Source of the DNA: an uncultured Bacilli bacterium
Lineage (GTDB): Bacteria; Bacillota_I; Bacilli_A; RF39; UBA660
Reading direction: 5' to 3'
NCBI GenBank assembly: GCA_934129885.1
Contig: CAKOWU010000001.1
Coordinates: 19,750-83,749 of the forward strand
Length of the DNA: 64,000 nucleotides
Shown: positions 53,473 to 64,000 of the stretch, in pieces
Layout of the letters: the number at the start of each line of letters is the position of its first letter
How positions within the stretch are numbered: the stretch's first letter is position 1
Made by a program: the position numbers and the translations under genes
Notes under the pieces: model-generated
Seen by the model: only the letters and a program-made list of their open reading frames with translations
The model's database searches: none
What the model was told of the DNA's origin: nothing

Positions 53473-54737
53473 TAATGCCCTCTTCTTCTTTGTTTATAAC
53501 TTTTGCTTATCATATTACTTTCTAATTGTTTATATGCTTCTAAAACTACTCCAACAACAATGATAAGTCCGGTGCCACCAATTTTTACGTCAGTTGGCAA
53601 TGATGAGAACCACCCAAATATGTATGGAAGGCCTGAAACTGCCGCTAGGAATAATGAACCTACAACGGTAATTCTTATTAATACTTTACTAACATATTTT
53701 TCGGTTTCTTCTCCTGGTCTTACACCTGGAATATAGCCACCATTTTTTTGTAAATTTTCGGCTAATTCTTTGGGTTTAATTGTAACGAAGGTATAAAAGT
53801 AAGAAAATAATATAATGAATAGTACATATAGTACAAATCCTGTTCCTGATGATATTGTTAACCATTTATTGACAAATGCCATCCAACTATCGTTGTTCGC
53901 AAATTGTGCAATCAAGGCTGGAACGGATATTAATGCGGCAGCAAATATTACAGGGATAACGCCCGCTGAATTTAATCTAAAAGGCATATATGTATTACTA
54001 CCACCATAACTACTTACTGTTTTATTAGCGTATTGTACTGGAATTCTTCTTTCGGCAAGTTGTATGTATAATACGCCTAATACTACAATTAGATATATTA
54101 GAGCAAATACACCGAATGAAAGAACTCCTAAAAATGTAGTTTGTGTTGTTGTGGTATCAACAAGTGTTTTCCATGCTTCTGAAAACATATATGGAGTACT
54201 TGCTAGAATACCAGCCATAATAATCATTGATATTCCGTTTCCTATACCTTTGGTAGTAATTCTATCACCAAGCCATAGTAGGAATGCGGTTCCGGCGGTA
54301 AGTACAAGGGCTGTTTGAACATATTCTATTATTTCACCATCTGATACGAAGGCAAATGAGAATAAGTATCCTTGTACAAATGCAAGAATGATACCTAATA
54401 TCCTTGTTATTTGGTTTATTTTATTTCTACCTGTTTGTCCTTGCTTAGATAGTTCTGTAAAATAAGGAACTATATCCATTTGTAATAATTGCATTACAAT
54501 GGATGCTGTAATGTAAGGCATGACACCGAGTGCAAAGATTGAAAAGTTTTGCATGGCACCACCACCCATCATGTCTAACAGTTTTAGGAAACTAACATCT
54601 AATTGTTTATTATCAACGCCTGGAACTACTACGGCAGTTCCAAGTTTGAATATAAATAAGCAGAATAGGGTAAAATATATTTTTTTTCTTAAATCTTTAT
54701 TCGCTGGGCTTGTTATTTGTTTAAGACGCTTAAACAA
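53472..54737 (-). CDS. secY: Preprotein translocase subunit SecY
   Basis: 421 aa with 10 TM segments. Conserved FALGVMPYITASI, in its spc operon position. Confidence 0.97.
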   Translation of the reverse strand: MFKRLKQITSPANKDLRKKIYFTLFCLFIFKLGTAVVVPGVDNKQLDVSFLKLLDMMGGGAMQNFSIFALGVMPYITASIVMQLLQMDIVPYFTELSKQGQTGRNKINQITRILGIILAFVQGYLFSFAFVSDGEIIEYVQTALVLTAGTAFLLWLGDRITTKGIGNGISMIIMAGILASTPYMFSEAWKTLVDTTTTQTTFLGVLSFGVFALIYLIVVLGVLYIQLAERRIPVQYANKTVSSYGGSNTYMPFRLNSAGVIPVIFAAALISVPALIAQFANNDSWMAFVNKWLTISSGTGFVLYVLFIILFSYFYTFVTIKPKELAENLQKNGGYIPGVRPGEETEKYVSKVLIRITVVGSLFLAAVSGLPYIFGWFSSLPTDVKIGGTGLIIVVGVVLEAYKQLESNMISKSYKQRRRGH

Positions 54738-55181
54738 TTAAATCACCTCTGCTTTTCCACCTATTTTTTCTATTGTTTCTTTTGCAGAACTAGAAAATTT
54801 ATTAGCCTTAACAGTTAATTTTCTTTCTAATTTACCTTGTCCTAACACTTTGATACCATCTTTAGTGTTTTTTACTAATCCCATGTCTTTTAATATTTCT
54901 GGAGTAACTTCTGCTCCATCTTCAAATTTATTTAAATCATCTAAGTTAATTATTGCGTATACTTTTTTGAAGTTAGCGTTTGAAAAACCTCTCTTTGGTA
55001 ATCTTCTGAATAATGGAGTTTGTCCACCTTCAAATCCAATTCTAACTCCTCCACCACTTCTTGAGTTTTGTCCGTTTTCTCCTCTACCAGCGGTTTTTCC
55101 GGTTCCGCTTCCTGGTCCACGGCCTACTCTTTTTCTGGCTTTTGTAGCATATGGATTTGGTTTTACTGTATTAAGTTTCAT
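54738..55181 (-). CDS. rplO: 50S ribosomal protein L15
   Basis: Has [34 protein letters not shown].., uL15. Confidence 0.97.
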   Translation of the reverse strand: MKLNTVKPNPYATKARKRVGRGPGSGTGKTAGRGENGQNSRSGGGVRIGFEGGQTPLFRRLPKRGFSNANFKKVYAIINLDDLNKFEDGAEVTPEILKDMGLVKNTKDGIKVLGQGKLERKLTVKANKFSSSAKETIEKIGGKAEVI

Positions 55182-55687
55182 TATAAAATCTCCTCCACTT
55201 TCTTACCACGTAATTTTGCAATTTGTTCAGCAGTTTTTTGTTTCTTTAATGCATCTAAAGTAGCATATGCCATATTAACTTTGGTATTTGAACCTAATGA
55301 TTTAGATAAAATATCTTTAACACCTGCAAGTTCTAGGACTGCTCTTACAGGACCACCGGCTTTTACTCCAGTACCTTTTGATGCTGGTTTTAGCATAACT
55401 TTACTGGCACCTCTTACACCAATGGCTTCATGTGGGATTGTGTGTTCATCAACTAACGCAACTTTGGTAATATTTTTTGTAGCAGCGGCAGTAGCTTTTT
55501 TTATTGCATCAGGTACTTCAGCAGCCTTACCTGAACCAATTCCTACTTTACCTTTTCTATCTCCTACAACAACTGTTGCTGCAAAACGTAATTGACGTCC
55601 ACCTTTTGTTACTTTTGTAACACGTCCAATATTGATAACTTCGTCATCATATAACTTTGGACGGGCTTCTCTTCTTCTGGTTTGCAT
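55181..55687 (-). CDS. rpsE: 30S ribosomal protein S5
   Basis: Has ..[35 protein letters not shown], uS5. It abuts rplO with no room for rpmD. Confidence 0.97.
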   Translation of the reverse strand: MQTRRREARPKLYDDEVINIGRVTKVTKGGRQLRFAATVVVGDRKGKVGIGSGKAAEVPDAIKKATAAATKNITKVALVDEHTIPHEAIGVRGASKVMLKPASKGTGVKAGGPVRAVLELAGVKDILSKSLGSNTKVNMAYATLDALKKQKTAEQIAKLRGKKVEEIL

Positions 55688-55700
55688 TTAAGTTCCTCCT

Positions 55701-56063
55701 TTAGAATTCTAATCCATTTTCGCGAGCAGCATCTGCTAGTGCTTTTACACGTCCATGATATAAGTATCCGCCTCTATCGAATACTACTTTTGTAATTTTT
55801 GCTTTCTTCGCTCTTTTAGCAATTAATTCTCCAACTTTGGCAGCTGCTTCTACATTTCCACCATTTTCTAGTTTCAATTCTTTATCAATTGAAGAAGCAC
55901 TTACTAAAGTTTTACCTTCACTATCATCAATGATTTGAGCAAAGATATTGCTATTAGATCTAAATACGTTAAGTCTAGGTGTTTCAGTTGTGCCAGAAAC
56001 TGTTTTTCTGACTCTTTGATGTCTAGCCTCACGTACTTTATTACGATTAACTTTTTTTATCAT
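55701..56063 (-). CDS. rplR: 50S ribosomal protein L18
   Basis: 120 aa, ..[26 protein letters not shown], uL18. Confidence 0.97.
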   Translation of the reverse strand: MIKKVNRNKVREARHQRVRKTVSGTTETPRLNVFRSNSNIFAQIIDDSEGKTLVSASSIDKELKLENGGNVEAAAKVGELIAKRAKKAKITKVVFDRGGYLYHGRVKALADAARENGLEF

Positions 56064-56088
56064 AATATCGTCTCCTTTATTTTTTTAA

Positions 56089-56619
56089 TTAAGCAGCTTT
56101 TTTACCAACTTTACGAATAATGTGTTCGTCTGCATAACGAATTCCTTTACCTTTATATGGTTCAGGTTTTCTGATTTTTCTAACATTAGCCGCAAATTCG
56201 CCAACTAATTGTTTATCTATTCCTTTTACAGTAAGTTCTGTGTTACTTGGATTATCTAAAGTAATTCCTGCTGGTACTTCTAATTCTACTGGATGAGAAT
56301 ATCCTGCAGTTACTACTAAAGTATTACCTTTAACATTAAATCTATATCCTACACCTACTGCTTCAAGTTTCTTTTCAAAACCTTTAGTTACACCAATTAT
56401 TATATTATTGATATTAGCGTTAGCTGTTCCATGGAAATTTTTATAAGCATCATTTTTTCTTTCTAATCTTACTTCATTTCCCTCTACTTTTACAGTAATA
56501 TTTTTGTTTATTTCAGTAGAAAGTTCACCTTTTGGCCCTTTAACTGTAACAATATTACCGTCTGTCTGTAGTGTAACATTTTCAGGTAATGTTATAATTC
56601 TGTTCCCAATTCGACTCAT
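56089..56619 (-). CDS. rplF: 50S ribosomal protein L6
   Basis: MSRIGNRIITLPENVTL.., uL6. Confidence 0.97.
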   Translation of the reverse strand: MSRIGNRIITLPENVTLQTDGNIVTVKGPKGELSTEINKNITVKVEGNEVRLERKNDAYKNFHGTANANINNIIIGVTKGFEKKLEAVGVGYRFNVKGNTLVVTAGYSHPVELEVPAGITLDNPSNTELTVKGIDKQLVGEFAANVRKIRKPEPYKGKGIRYADEHIIRKVGKKAA

Positions 56620-56632
56620 AGTTTTTTCCTTT

Positions 56633-57025
56633 CTACCAAACGTATGCTAAAACCTCGCCACCAAGTTTATTTGATTTAGCATTTTTACCTGTCATAACTC
56701 CTTTTGAAGTTGATACGATAGCAATACCTAATCCATTTAATACTGATGGCATTTCTTCAGCTTTTGCATATACACGTAATCCTGGTTTTGATATTCTTTT
56801 TAGACCAGTAATTACTCTTTCTTTTTTATCTCCATATTTAAGAGTTAAAATAATAGTGTTTTGGACTTTATCATTTGTTATTTTATAATCTACGATATAG
56901 CCTTCTTCTTTTAAGATTTTTGCAATTTCTTCCTTTATGTTTGAAGCAGGTACTTCTACACTTTCATATTTCATTTGATTTGCATTACGTATTCTTGTAA
57001 GCATATCTGCGATTGGATCTGTCAT
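56633..57025 (-). CDS. rpsH: 30S ribosomal protein S8
   Basis: [17 protein letters not shown].., uS8. Confidence 0.97.
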   Translation of the reverse strand: MTDPIADMLTRIRNANQMKYESVEVPASNIKEEIAKILKEEGYIVDYKITNDKVQNTIILTLKYGDKKERVITGLKRISKPGLRVYAKAEEMPSVLNGLGIAIVSTSKGVMTGKNAKSNKLGGEVLAYVW

Positions 57026-57056
57026 TTATATCCTCCCTTCACTCTTATATCAAATA

Positions 57057-57242
57057 TTACCAACTTGATTTAGTAACACCTGGTATTTGTCCTTTATAAG
57101 CTAAGTTTCTAAAGCATATACGGCATATTCCGTATTTTCTAAGTACTGAATGTGGTCTTCCACATATAGAACATCTTGTGTATGCTCTTACTTTATATTT
57201 AGGCTTTCTACTTGCTTTTACGATCATACTTTTTCTAGCCAT
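57057..57242 (-). CDS. rpsN: 30S ribosomal protein S14, zinc-binding type Z (61 aa)
   Basis: Has ..[26 protein letters not shown], with the CxxC..CxxC motif. Confidence 0.96.
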   Translation of the reverse strand: MARKSMIVKASRKPKYKVRAYTRCSICGRPHSVLRKYGICRICFRNLAYKGQIPGVTKSSW

Positions 57243-57258
57243 AAATTCCTCCTAATTG

Positions 57259-57798
57259 TTATTTTTTAAATGGCATACCGAAACCTTTTAGTAAATCTAA
57301 TGCTTCTTCATTAGTTTCTGCAGTTGTAACAAAAACTATATCCATTCCACGTACTTTTACTACGTTATCATATTCTATTTCAGAGAAAATTAATTGTTCA
57401 TTTAATCCTAGAGTATAATTACCTCTACCATCAAATGACTTATTACTGATACCTCTAAAGTCTCTAACACGTGGTAGTGTAATACTTATTAGTTTATCTA
57501 AGAAGTTGTACATGTTATCGCCTCTTAAAGTTACTTTGCAGCCAATTGCTTGACCTTGTCTAATTTTAAATCCAGCGATAGCCTTTTTTGCTTTTGTTAC
57601 AACTGGTTGTTGTCCAGTGATTGCTTTTAAGTCTGCGACTGCAGCATCGATTAATTTTGAATTGCTAGCACCATCACCAACACCCATGTTTACAACGATT
57701 TTTTCTAGTTTTGGTGTTTCCATAACACTTTTATAATTATATTTTTCTCTTAAATTTGGCATTATTTCTTTACTATATTTTTCTTTTAGGCGGTTCAT
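57259..57798 (-). CDS. rplE: 50S ribosomal protein L5
   Basis: 179 aa, uL5 (..[19 protein letters not shown]). Confidence 0.97.
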   Translation of the reverse strand: MNRLKEKYSKEIMPNLREKYNYKSVMETPKLEKIVVNMGVGDGASNSKLIDAAVADLKAITGQQPVVTKAKKAIAGFKIRQGQAIGCKVTLRGDNMYNFLDKLISITLPRVRDFRGISNKSFDGRGNYTLGLNEQLIFSEIEYDNVVKVRGMDIVFVTTAETNEEALDLLKGFGMPFKK

Positions 57799-57818
57799 TT
57801 CTGTATCCTCCTTTCAGG

Positions 57819-58127
57819 TTAGTCAAGTTTTTCATTAGATTTTCTTGACACTCTTACTTTTTTACCATCTTTTGTAGTTGTATGTCCAATTCTTGACGCT
57901 TTTTTTGTTTTTGGATCAATTATCATTACGTTTGACGCATCAAGTGGTCTTTCGATTTCAATAATTTCTCCATTTTGTCCACCGTTTGGTTTAACATGCT
58001 TATGAGCAATATTAACACCTTCAACGATAACTTTATTATCCGCTTTAAGGGTTTTAAGAATTTTGCCTTCTTTACCTTTGTCTTTTCCGGCAATGACAAC
58101 AACATTATCTCCTTGTTTTAATCTCAT
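57819..58127 (-). CDS. rplX: 50S ribosomal protein L24
   Basis: MRLKQGDNVVVIAGKDKGKEGKI.., uL24 KOW motif. Confidence 0.96.
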   Translation of the reverse strand: MRLKQGDNVVVIAGKDKGKEGKILKTLKADNKVIVEGVNIAHKHVKPNGGQNGEIIEIERPLDASNVMIIDPKTKKASRIGHTTTKDGKKVRVSRKSNEKLD

Positions 58128-58144
58128 ATTCTTCCTCCAAACGA

Positions 58145-58513
58145 TTATAATACTTCTTTAGCAAGTGATACTATTTTCATGAAATCTTTTTCACGAAGTT
58201 CACGCGCTATTGGTCCAAAGACACGAGTTCCAACAGGTGATTTGTCATCTTTAATGATTATGCAAGCATTATCATCAAATTTGATATATGACCCATCTTC
58301 TCTTCTTAGTCCTTGTTTAGTTCTAACGATAACGGCTTTAACAACTTTTCCTTTGCCAACTGTTCCGTTAGGTGTTGCCTTTTTTACTGTTCCGACAACT
58401 ATATCTCCAATGTTTCCTGTTTTTACTTTGCTGCCACCTAATACTCCCATGACTAATAGTTCGCGAGCACCAGAATTGTCAGCTACTTTTAAACGGGTTT
58501 CATGTTGAATCAT
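58145..58513 (-). CDS. rplN: 50S ribosomal protein L14
   Basis: [20 protein letters not shown].., uL14. Confidence 0.98.
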   Translation of the reverse strand: MIQHETRLKVADNSGARELLVMGVLGGSKVKTGNIGDIVVGTVKKATPNGTVGKGKVVKAVIVRTKQGLRREDGSYIKFDDNACIIIKDDKSPVGTRVFGPIARELREKDFMKIVSLAKEVL

Positions 58514-58531
58514 AATTAATCCTCCTTATTG

Positions 58532-58786
58532 TTATAAAATAACTGCTTTTTCTACTACCTCAACTAAACGATAATGTTTTGTCTTTGATAGTGGTCTTGT
58601 TTCAGCAATTCTTACTGTATCGCCAACACTTGCTTCATTTTTTTCATCATGTGCAGCATATTTTTTAGAGTATTTTACTCTTTTTCCATATAATTTATCT
58701 TTTGTGTAAGTTTCTACTAATACTGTAATGGTTTTGTTATTAGTACTACTAACAACTTTACCAGTTAATTCATGTTTTCTTTCCAT
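58532..58786 (-). CDS. rpsQ: 30S ribosomal protein S17
   Basis: 84 aa, ..[33 protein letters not shown], uS17. Confidence 0.96.
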   Translation of the reverse strand: MERKHELTGKVVSSTNNKTITVLVETYTKDKLYGKRVKYSKKYAAHDEKNEASVGDTVRIAETRPLSKTKHYRLVEVVEKAVIL

Positions 58787-58795
58787 AGTTACCTC

Positions 58796-58990
58796 CTAGT
58801 TCTCTTCTTTTCTTTCACGCATAATGGTTTTCATTTTCGCGATTTCTTTTCTTAATTCTTTGATTCTAGATGGTTTTTCAAGAGTACCAGTGGCCTGACT
58901 GAAACGTAGGTTGAATAATTCTTCTTTATTTTCAGCAACTTTTGCAACTATTTCTTCATCGCTTAATTCTCTGATTTCACTAGTTTTCAT
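58796..58990 (-). CDS. rpmC: 50S ribosomal protein L29
   Basis: [35 protein letters not shown], uL29. The likely start is ATG 58990. It overlaps the rplP stop by 11 nt. Confidence 0.93.
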   Translation of the reverse strand: MKTSEIRELSDEEIVAKVAENKEELFNLRFSQATGTLEKPSRIKELRKEIAKMKTIMRERKEEN

Positions 58991-59411
58991 TTGTTTCACC
59001 ACTTTCTCTTTTTACAAACTTACACTTAATTGGAAGTTTATGCATTGCTAGACGTAATGCTTCTCTTGCTACTTCCTCACTTACACCAGCAATTTCAAAC
59101 ATGATTTTGCCTTCTTTTACAACGGCAACCCAAGCCTCTGGTGCACCTTTACCTTTACCTTGACGAGTTTCAAGAGGTTTTTTTGTTAATGATAAGTGTG
59201 GGAAAATATTAATCCATACTTTTCCTCCACGTTTCATGTAACGAGTCATTGCTACACGAGCTGCTTCGATTTGCCTTTGAGTAACCCAAGCACCTTCCAT
59301 AGCCTTAAGACCGTAGTCTCCAAAATGTAATTCTTTATTACCTCTAGTCTTACCATCATATCTTAGACGGTGTGGACGACGATATTTAGTTCTCTTTGGA
59401 ATGACTGCCAT
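58980..59411 (-). CDS. rplP: 50S ribosomal protein L16
   Basis: [15 protein letters not shown]..., uL16. GGGAGG lies 8 nt upstream. Confidence 0.96.
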   Translation of the reverse strand: MAVIPKRTKYRRPHRLRYDGKTRGNKELHFGDYGLKAMEGAWVTQRQIEAARVAMTRYMKRGGKVWINIFPHLSLTKKPLETRQGKGKGAPEAWVAVVKEGKIMFEIAGVSEEVAREALRLAMHKLPIKCKFVKRESGETNEN

Positions 59412-60066
59412 TCTTATTACCTCCCTTATTTTTTCTTTCAGGAAGGATTTCTCCTTTGTAAATCCATACTTTTACACCGATTTTACCATAAGAAGTATTT
59501 GCTTCTTTATGGGCATAGTCAACATCAGCTCTTAATGTATGAAGTGGAATAGTTCCTTCAGTGTATCCTTCACTTCTGGCAATTTCTACACCATTTAAAC
59601 GACCAGATACAAGGGTTTTTATTCCTTTTGCTCCTGATTTCATTACATTTCTAATTGCTTTCTTTTGAGCAACTCTGAATGATACTCTATTCTCTATTTG
59701 ATGAGCAATATTATCTGCGACTAAGGCCGCTACCATATTTGGATTTTTGATTTCTTTTATTGAAATATGAATATCTTCATCTACAATTTTAGAAAGTTCT
59801 TTTTTGATTTTTTCAATTTCATCTCCGCCGTGTCCGATTACAACACCAGGTTTTGCGGTATTGATGATAATTTCGGTCTTACCAGCTTTTCTTTCGATAA
59901 CAATACTTGAAACCGCTGCGTCAGATAATCTTTTTTCCAAGAATTTACGAATCTTATGGTCATTGTTTAAGTATTTAGCGAAGTCTTTTCCTTCAGCGTA
60001 CCAATTAGATTCCCAACCTTTGTTGATTCCGACTCTAAGTCCGACTGGACTAACTTTTTGACCCAT
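59386..60066 (-). CDS. rpsC: 30S ribosomal protein S3
   Basis: [24 protein letters not shown].., uS3 KH domain. Confidence 0.97.
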   Translation of the reverse strand: MGQKVSPVGLRVGINKGWESNWYAEGKDFAKYLNNDHKIRKFLEKRLSDAAVSSIVIERKAGKTEIIINTAKPGVVIGHGGDEIEKIKKELSKIVDEDIHISIKEIKNPNMVAALVADNIAHQIENRVSFRVAQKKAIRNVMKSGAKGIKTLVSGRLNGVEIARSEGYTEGTIPLHTLRADVDYAHKEANTSYGKIGVKVWIYKGEILPERKNKGGNKNGSHSKEN

Positions 60067-60084
60067 CAGTTTTTCCTCCTTTGT

Positions 60085-60420
60085 TTATTTACTTTCACTT
60101 ACTACAACAGTAATGTGACTTGTTCTTTTTTTGATAGGATCTGGTCTACCTTTAGCACCTGCCCTACCTCTTTTCATTGTTCTACCTTCATTGATATAGG
60201 CTTCTTTTACATAAAGATTTTCTTTATCTAAACCTAAATTATTTTCAGCATTTGCAACAGCACTTGTTAGTACTTTACGAATTGCTCTTGAAGCCTCTCT
60301 ATTAAGGTTCGCTAAAATTATATCTGCTTCAGTTACATCTTTGCCACGAATTAAGTCAATGGTTAGACGTGCTTTTCTAGGTGCGATTCTTACTCCCTTT
60401 GCGATTGCTTTAGCTTCCAT
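60085..60420 (-). CDS. rplV: 50S ribosomal protein L22
   Basis: [27 protein letters not shown].., uL22. Confidence 0.97.
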   Translation of the reverse strand: MEAKAIAKGVRIAPRKARLTIDLIRGKDVTEADIILANLNREASRAIRKVLTSAVANAENNLGLDKENLYVKEAYINEGRTMKRGRAGAKGRPDPIKKRTSHITVVVSESK

Positions 60421-60440
60421 TTATCTCATTCCTTTCTGGT

Positions 60441-60713
60441 TTACTTTTTGTTTTTTTTATCGCCGTGTCCACCAAATTTACGAGTGAGTGCAAATTCTCC
60501 TAATTTATGTCCAACCATATCTTCTGTTACATAAACAGGAATAAATTCTTTACCATTATGAACAGCAAATGTGTGTCCGATAAATTCAGGAAAAATTGTA
60601 GAACGGCGAGACCAAGTTTTAATTACTTCTTTTTTTCCAGATTCGTTTTGTTCTCTAACCCTTTTTAGTAATCTGTCGAATACGTAAGGGCCTTTTTTTA
60701 AACTTCTAGCCAT
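60441..60713 (-). CDS. rpsS: 30S ribosomal protein S19
   Basis: [11 protein letters not shown]...[23 protein letters not shown], uS19. Confidence 0.97.
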   Translation of the reverse strand: MARSLKKGPYVFDRLLKRVREQNESGKKEVIKTWSRRSTIFPEFIGHTFAVHNGKEFIPVYVTEDMVGHKLGEFALTRKFGGHGDKKNKK

Positions 60714-60730
60714 CTATAAATCATCCTTTC

Positions 60731-61558
60731 TTATTTTTTACGACGTACAATTAGTTTGCTTGAAGCCTTTTTATTGTTACGTGTCTTATATCCAAGAGCA
60801 GGTTTACCCCATGGAGTCATAGGACCTTTACGTCCGATTGGTGCACGACCTTCACCACCACCGTGTGGGTGATCGTTAGGGTTCATAACAGAACCACGCA
60901 CTGTAGGTCTGATACCCATATGTCTTTTTCTTCCGGCTTTACCTAAATTTACTAGTTCATAATCAGCGTTTCCAACTTCACCGATTGTAGCACGACATAC
61001 ACTTAAGACTTTTCTAACTTCACCACTTCTTAAACGAAGTAATGTATATTTTCCTTCTTGTCCTAAGATTTGAACACTAGCACCGGCACTTCTTGCCATT
61101 TGAGCACCTTTTCCTGGTTTTAACTCAATGTTATGCACAAGTGTTCCTTCTGGAATGTTTGCGAGTGGTAATGTGTTACCAATTTTGATATCGGCATTTT
61201 CGCCACTTTCTATTTTCATTCCAATTTTGATACCTTTAGGAGCGATTATATATCTTTTTTCTCCGTCGGCATAATTTATTAAAGCAATGTTAGCACTTCT
61301 ATTTGGATCGTATTCGATTGAAGCAACTGTTCCTATAACACCATCTTTATTTCTTTTGAAATCGATGATTCTATATTTTCTTTTTGCTCCACCACCATGA
61401 TGTCTTACTGTGATTTTACCCTGGTTGTTACGACCGCCTGATTTTTTGATAGTTACGACTAATGATTTTTCTGGAGTGGTTTTTGTGATTTCTTCATTTA
61501 CAAGTGTAGTCATTCCACGTGTACCATTAGTCATTGATTTATATGATTTAATAGCCAT
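60731..61558 (-). CDS. rplB: 50S ribosomal protein L2
   Basis: 275 aa, ..[19 protein letters not shown], uL2. Confidence 0.98.
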   Translation of the reverse strand: MAIKSYKSMTNGTRGMTTLVNEEITKTTPEKSLVVTIKKSGGRNNQGKITVRHHGGGAKRKYRIIDFKRNKDGVIGTVASIEYDPNRSANIALINYADGEKRYIIAPKGIKIGMKIESGENADIKIGNTLPLANIPEGTLVHNIELKPGKGAQMARSAGASVQILGQEGKYTLLRLRSGEVRKVLSVCRATIGEVGNADYELVNLGKAGRKRHMGIRPTVRGSVMNPNDHPHGGGEGRAPIGRKGPMTPWGKPALGYKTRNNKKASSKLIVRRKK

Positions 61559-61576
61559 ATTCGTCCTCCCTTAAGT

Positions 61577-61855
61577 TTAATTAAGTTCGATTGAACTTCC
61601 TTCTTTTAATTTAACAATTGCTTTTTTTACTTTATTTGTTTTACCAGTATAACGTCCAACTCTTTTTTTCTTTGGTTTTACGTTTACTGTATTAACTTTT
61701 TCAACTTTTACGTCAAAAATATTTTCTACCGCTTGCTTGATTTGTGTTTTGTTTGCTTTTGTATCTACACTAAATACTACGGTATTATTATTTTGTAAAT
61801 CAGAAGTTTTTTCTGTAATAATTGGAGCCTTTATAATGTCTCTATAGTTATTCAT
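61577..61855 (-). CDS. rplW: 50S ribosomal protein L23
   Basis: 92 aa, ..[14 protein letters not shown]...[17 protein letters not shown], uL23. Confidence 0.96.
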   Translation of the reverse strand: MNNYRDIIKAPIITEKTSDLQNNNTVVFSVDTKANKTQIKQAVENIFDVKVEKVNTVNVKPKKKRVGRYTGKTNKVKKAIVKLKEGSSIELN

Positions 61856-62478
61856 TACGCAAGTACCTCCTCTATTTCTTTAACCGCATCTTCTGTTATT
61901 ACTAAATTGTCAGCAGCGATTAAATCTAATGTGTTTATTTCATTTGCTTCAAGTAGTACAACATTTGGTATGTTACGTGAACCTAAGATTACATTATTAG
62001 TAAGTTCGCTTACTACTATTAAAATGTTTTTGTTTGCTTTGATAGCATCTAAAACATTAAGCATTTCTTTTGTTTTGTTTGTTTCAACGTTTAAATTATC
62101 TAATATGATAATTTCTTTATCTGCGACTTTATATGAAAGTGCTGATTTAAGTGCAAGTACTCTTTCTTTTTTGTTTTGTTTTTTGTTATATGTTCTAGGT
62201 TTTGGACCAAATACAATTCCTCCACCTGGCCATTGTGGTGAACGGGTACTGCCTTGTCTTGCGTGACCTGTACCTTTTTGTCTATATGGTTTTCTTCCTC
62301 CACCACTTACTTCGCTACGTGTTTTTGTACTGTGTGTACCTTGTCTTTGGGAATTTCTTGCTAATGTGATAGCATCGTATAAAACTGCATCGTTTGGAGT
62401 AATACCCCATACGGTTTCGTTTAGAGTAATGTCTCCAACTTTTTCACCCTTAATATTTAAAACTGGATTTTTTATCAT
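61855..62478 (-). CDS. rplD: 50S ribosomal protein L4
   Basis: 207 aa, ..[35 protein letters not shown], uL4. Confidence 0.97.
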   Translation of the reverse strand: MIKNPVLNIKGEKVGDITLNETVWGITPNDAVLYDAITLARNSQRQGTHSTKTRSEVSGGGRKPYRQKGTGHARQGSTRSPQWPGGGIVFGPKPRTYNKKQNKKERVLALKSALSYKVADKEIIILDNLNVETNKTKEMLNVLDAIKANKNILIVVSELTNNVILGSRNIPNVVLLEANEINTLDLIAADNLVITEDAVKEIEEVLA

Positions 62479-62488
62479 GATTTACCTC

Positions 62489-63214
62489 CTAGTTTTCTGC
62501 TGAAGCGTTTTCTACTTCAGTGCTTTCTGTATTTTCCTTAACTTCTTCTTTTATCCAAGAGTTAAGTGCAGGTCTTTCATTTATTTTGTTAGGGTTTTTA
62601 ACGGCAGTTCTAATTGTTACAAAACTTTTTTTAGGTCCAGGAATATTTCCTTTTACTAAAATAACGTTATTTTCTAAATCCACTGCAACGATTTCAAGAT
62701 TTTGAATTGTTACAACGTTAGTTCCCATATGACCTGGTAATTTTTTACCTTTAAATACACGCATTGGTCTCATTGTTCCCATTGAACCTGGTCTTCTATG
62801 ATAGTGTGAACCATGTCCCATAGGTCCTCTTTGTTGACCATGTCTTTTGATAACGCCTTGGAATCCTTTACCTTTTGTAATTCCAGTTACGTCTACCATT
62901 TCACCTCTAGTGAAGATATCTGCTGATATTTCTTGTCCTAGAGTATATTCTTCTACATTAACACCTCTAATTTCTTTAAAGAAGCGCTTAGGTGTAGTGT
63001 TTGCTTTGCTAGTATGCCCAGCAGAAGCTTTTGTCGCAAGTTTTTCTCTTTTGTCATCAAAACCAAGTTGGATAGCATCATAACCGTCGTTTGCAACAGT
63101 TTTGATTTGAGTAACTACGTTAGGTGTTACTTCTACCACTGTAACGGGTGTTAACTTACCATCTTGATCAAATACTTGAGTCATTCCGATTTTACGACCT
63201 AAGATTCCTTTCAT
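62489..63214 (-). CDS. rplC: 50S ribosomal protein L3 (with about 35 aa acidic C-terminal tail)
   Basis: [15 protein letters not shown].., uL3. ATG 63214 follows GGAGGA. The tail is ..[24 protein letters not shown]. Confidence 0.96.
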   Translation of the reverse strand: MKGILGRKIGMTQVFDQDGKLTPVTVVEVTPNVVTQIKTVANDGYDAIQLGFDDKREKLATKASAGHTSKANTTPKRFFKEIRGVNVEEYTLGQEISADIFTRGEMVDVTGITKGKGFQGVIKRHGQQRGPMGHGSHYHRRPGSMGTMRPMRVFKGKKLPGHMGTNVVTIQNLEIVAVDLENNVILVKGNIPGPKKSFVTIRTAVKNPNKINERPALNSWIKEEVKENTESTEVENASAEN

Positions 63215-63228
63215 GTTCATTCCTCCTA

Positions 63229-63537
63229 TTATAATTTAATTTGAATATCAACGCCGCTTGGAATATCTAGATGCTGAAGGGCATCGATAGTCTCCTTACT
63301 TGGGTTATTGATATCAATAAGTCTTTTATGTGTTCTTTTTTCAAATTGTTCACGTGAATCTTTATATTTGTGAACCGCTCTTAAGATAGTTATTTTTTCA
63401 ACTTCAGTTGGTAATGGAATTGGTCCACTTACTTCTCCTCCGCTTCTTTTAACTGTGTCAACAATCTTACCGCACGCTTTATCTAAATTTTTATGCTCAT
63501 AAGATTTTAATCTGATACGAACTTTTGCATTAGACAT
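63229..63537 (-). CDS. rpsJ: 30S ribosomal protein S10
   Basis: Has ..[14 protein letters not shown]...GPIPLPTE...[26 protein letters not shown], uS10. First gene of the cluster. Confidence 0.98.
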   Translation of the reverse strand: MSNAKVRIRLKSYEHKNLDKACGKIVDTVKRSGGEVSGPIPLPTEVEKITILRAVHKYKDSREQFEKRTHKRLIDINNPSKETIDALQHLDIPSGVDIQIKL

Positions 63538-63699
63538 TATTGTATCCTCCTTTCGCCTATATCTTTAGTATAGACTTGCTCCGTGTAAAAACCTAAGTAC
63601 GCAAGTGATTATTAACAACTTAACCTAGCGTCTCAGCAACCTCACACATCATCGCAGCCACACATCCAAAAGTATACAATAAAATTGTATGAATTACAA
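63538..63699 (-). promoter_or_regulatory. S10 operon promoter and about 125 nt structured leader
   Basis: Minus strand has TTGTAA (63699..63694), 17 nt spacer, TATACT (63676..63671). It is followed by a visibly GC-richer leader (..GGATGTGTGGCTGCGATGATGTGTGAGGTTGCTGAGACGCTAGG..) before the RBS AAAGGAGG. From established knowledge, S10 leaders are L4-autoregulated in some bacteria. This is not verified here. Confidence 0.35.
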
Positions 63700-63803
63700 G
63701 CATTTTTAGTCGGTTTTGCAAAAAAATCTACATTTTTCTTGTAAAGTTGTGCTTATTTTGCTTAAAACGCTTAAATTTCTGCTATAATTGGTCTGGTGAT
63801 AGA

Positions 63804-64000
63804 ATGAAAATATGTATTTTAGGCAGCGGGGCTTACGGGTCAGCACTAGCGGTTATACTTAATGAAAATAAAAACAAAGTTTTTTTATGGAGTCCTTTCA
63901 AAAAGGAAATCGAGACATTTAAAGAACATAGGGAACCTTTGAAGTTGCCTGGCGTCAAATTAGCTAAAGACATTGTTATAACTAATGATATAGAGGAAGC
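63804..64000 (+). CDS. gpsA: NAD(P)H-dependent glycerol-3-phosphate dehydrogenase, N-terminal part (runs off the right edge)
   Basis: MKICILGSGAYGSALAVILNENKNKVFLWSPFKKEIETFKEHREPLKLPGVKL.. (Rossmann GxGxxG plus the typical GpsA continuation). Confidence 0.85.
   Translation, partial: MKICILGSGAYGSALAVILNENKNKVFLWSPFKKEIETFKEHREPLKLPGVKLAKDIVITNDIEE

Noticed and set aside
50292-63537. Numerous 60-175 aa plus-strand ORFs antisense to ribosomal protein, secY, infB, ATPase and YhgE genes (e.g. 55068..55595, 46554..46961, 24952..25548, 28737..29192)
   Set aside because: They lie entirely within strongly supported minus-strand genes. They lack RBSs and have Ser/Leu/Phe-rich compositions expected from antisense reading of AT-rich coding DNA.
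1-64000. Genetic code 4 (TGA = Trp) for the whole organism, suggested by several in-frame TGA codons
   Set aside because: About 60 core ORFs are uninterrupted under the standard code. The Trp codons I checked in secA, infB, hsdM and hsdR are TGG. The tRNA-Trp in the window has anticodon CCA. One of the in-frame TGAs aligns with a Cys codon of secA.

Overview
Low-GC Bacillota-type chromosome segment using the standard genetic code: core genes use TGG for Trp and the tRNA-Trp has a CCA anticodon. The right 48 kb is mostly housekeeping, on the minus strand. It holds secA-hpf-csp, an agr-type quorum-sensing module, a P-type Ca-ATPase, a YhgE/TetR pair, a UvrD-like helicase, a GltD-like oxidoreductase, map, hup and two cell-wall hydrolases. 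It also holds tRNA-Trp, tag-ogt, the rimP-nusA-ylxR-infB operon and a complete S10-spc-alpha ribosomal protein cluster (rpsJ to rplQ), ending with the start of gpsA. The left 16 kb is an accessory/defence island bounded by a serine recombinase at the window edge and by the secA terminator. It contains a phase-variable Type I R-M system (hsdR, hsdM, an embedded nuclease-like gene, and two inverted hsdS genes around a tyrosine recombinase with three sets of inverted repeats). It also contains a HipA-like kinase, a Fic protein, two decaying small membrane-protein genes, and a 680-694 aa protein with two HEPN-type R-x4-H motifs. That protein is flanked by 25-27 bp inverted repeats, and no CRISPR array is visible anywhere in the window. 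I consider this orphan dual-HEPN cassette the best candidate for an undescribed system. Other points of interest: a 643 bp cassette inserted in the last codons of secA with the old 3' end and terminator preserved; a candidate type I toxin/antisense RNA pair; and a tRNA-Trp-adjacent island with three paralogous LRR surface proteins around an Rpn-type nuclease. Several genes are also broken by in-frame TGA codons or homopolymer frameshifts. All functional calls rest on motif recognition by eye, and no database search was possible.
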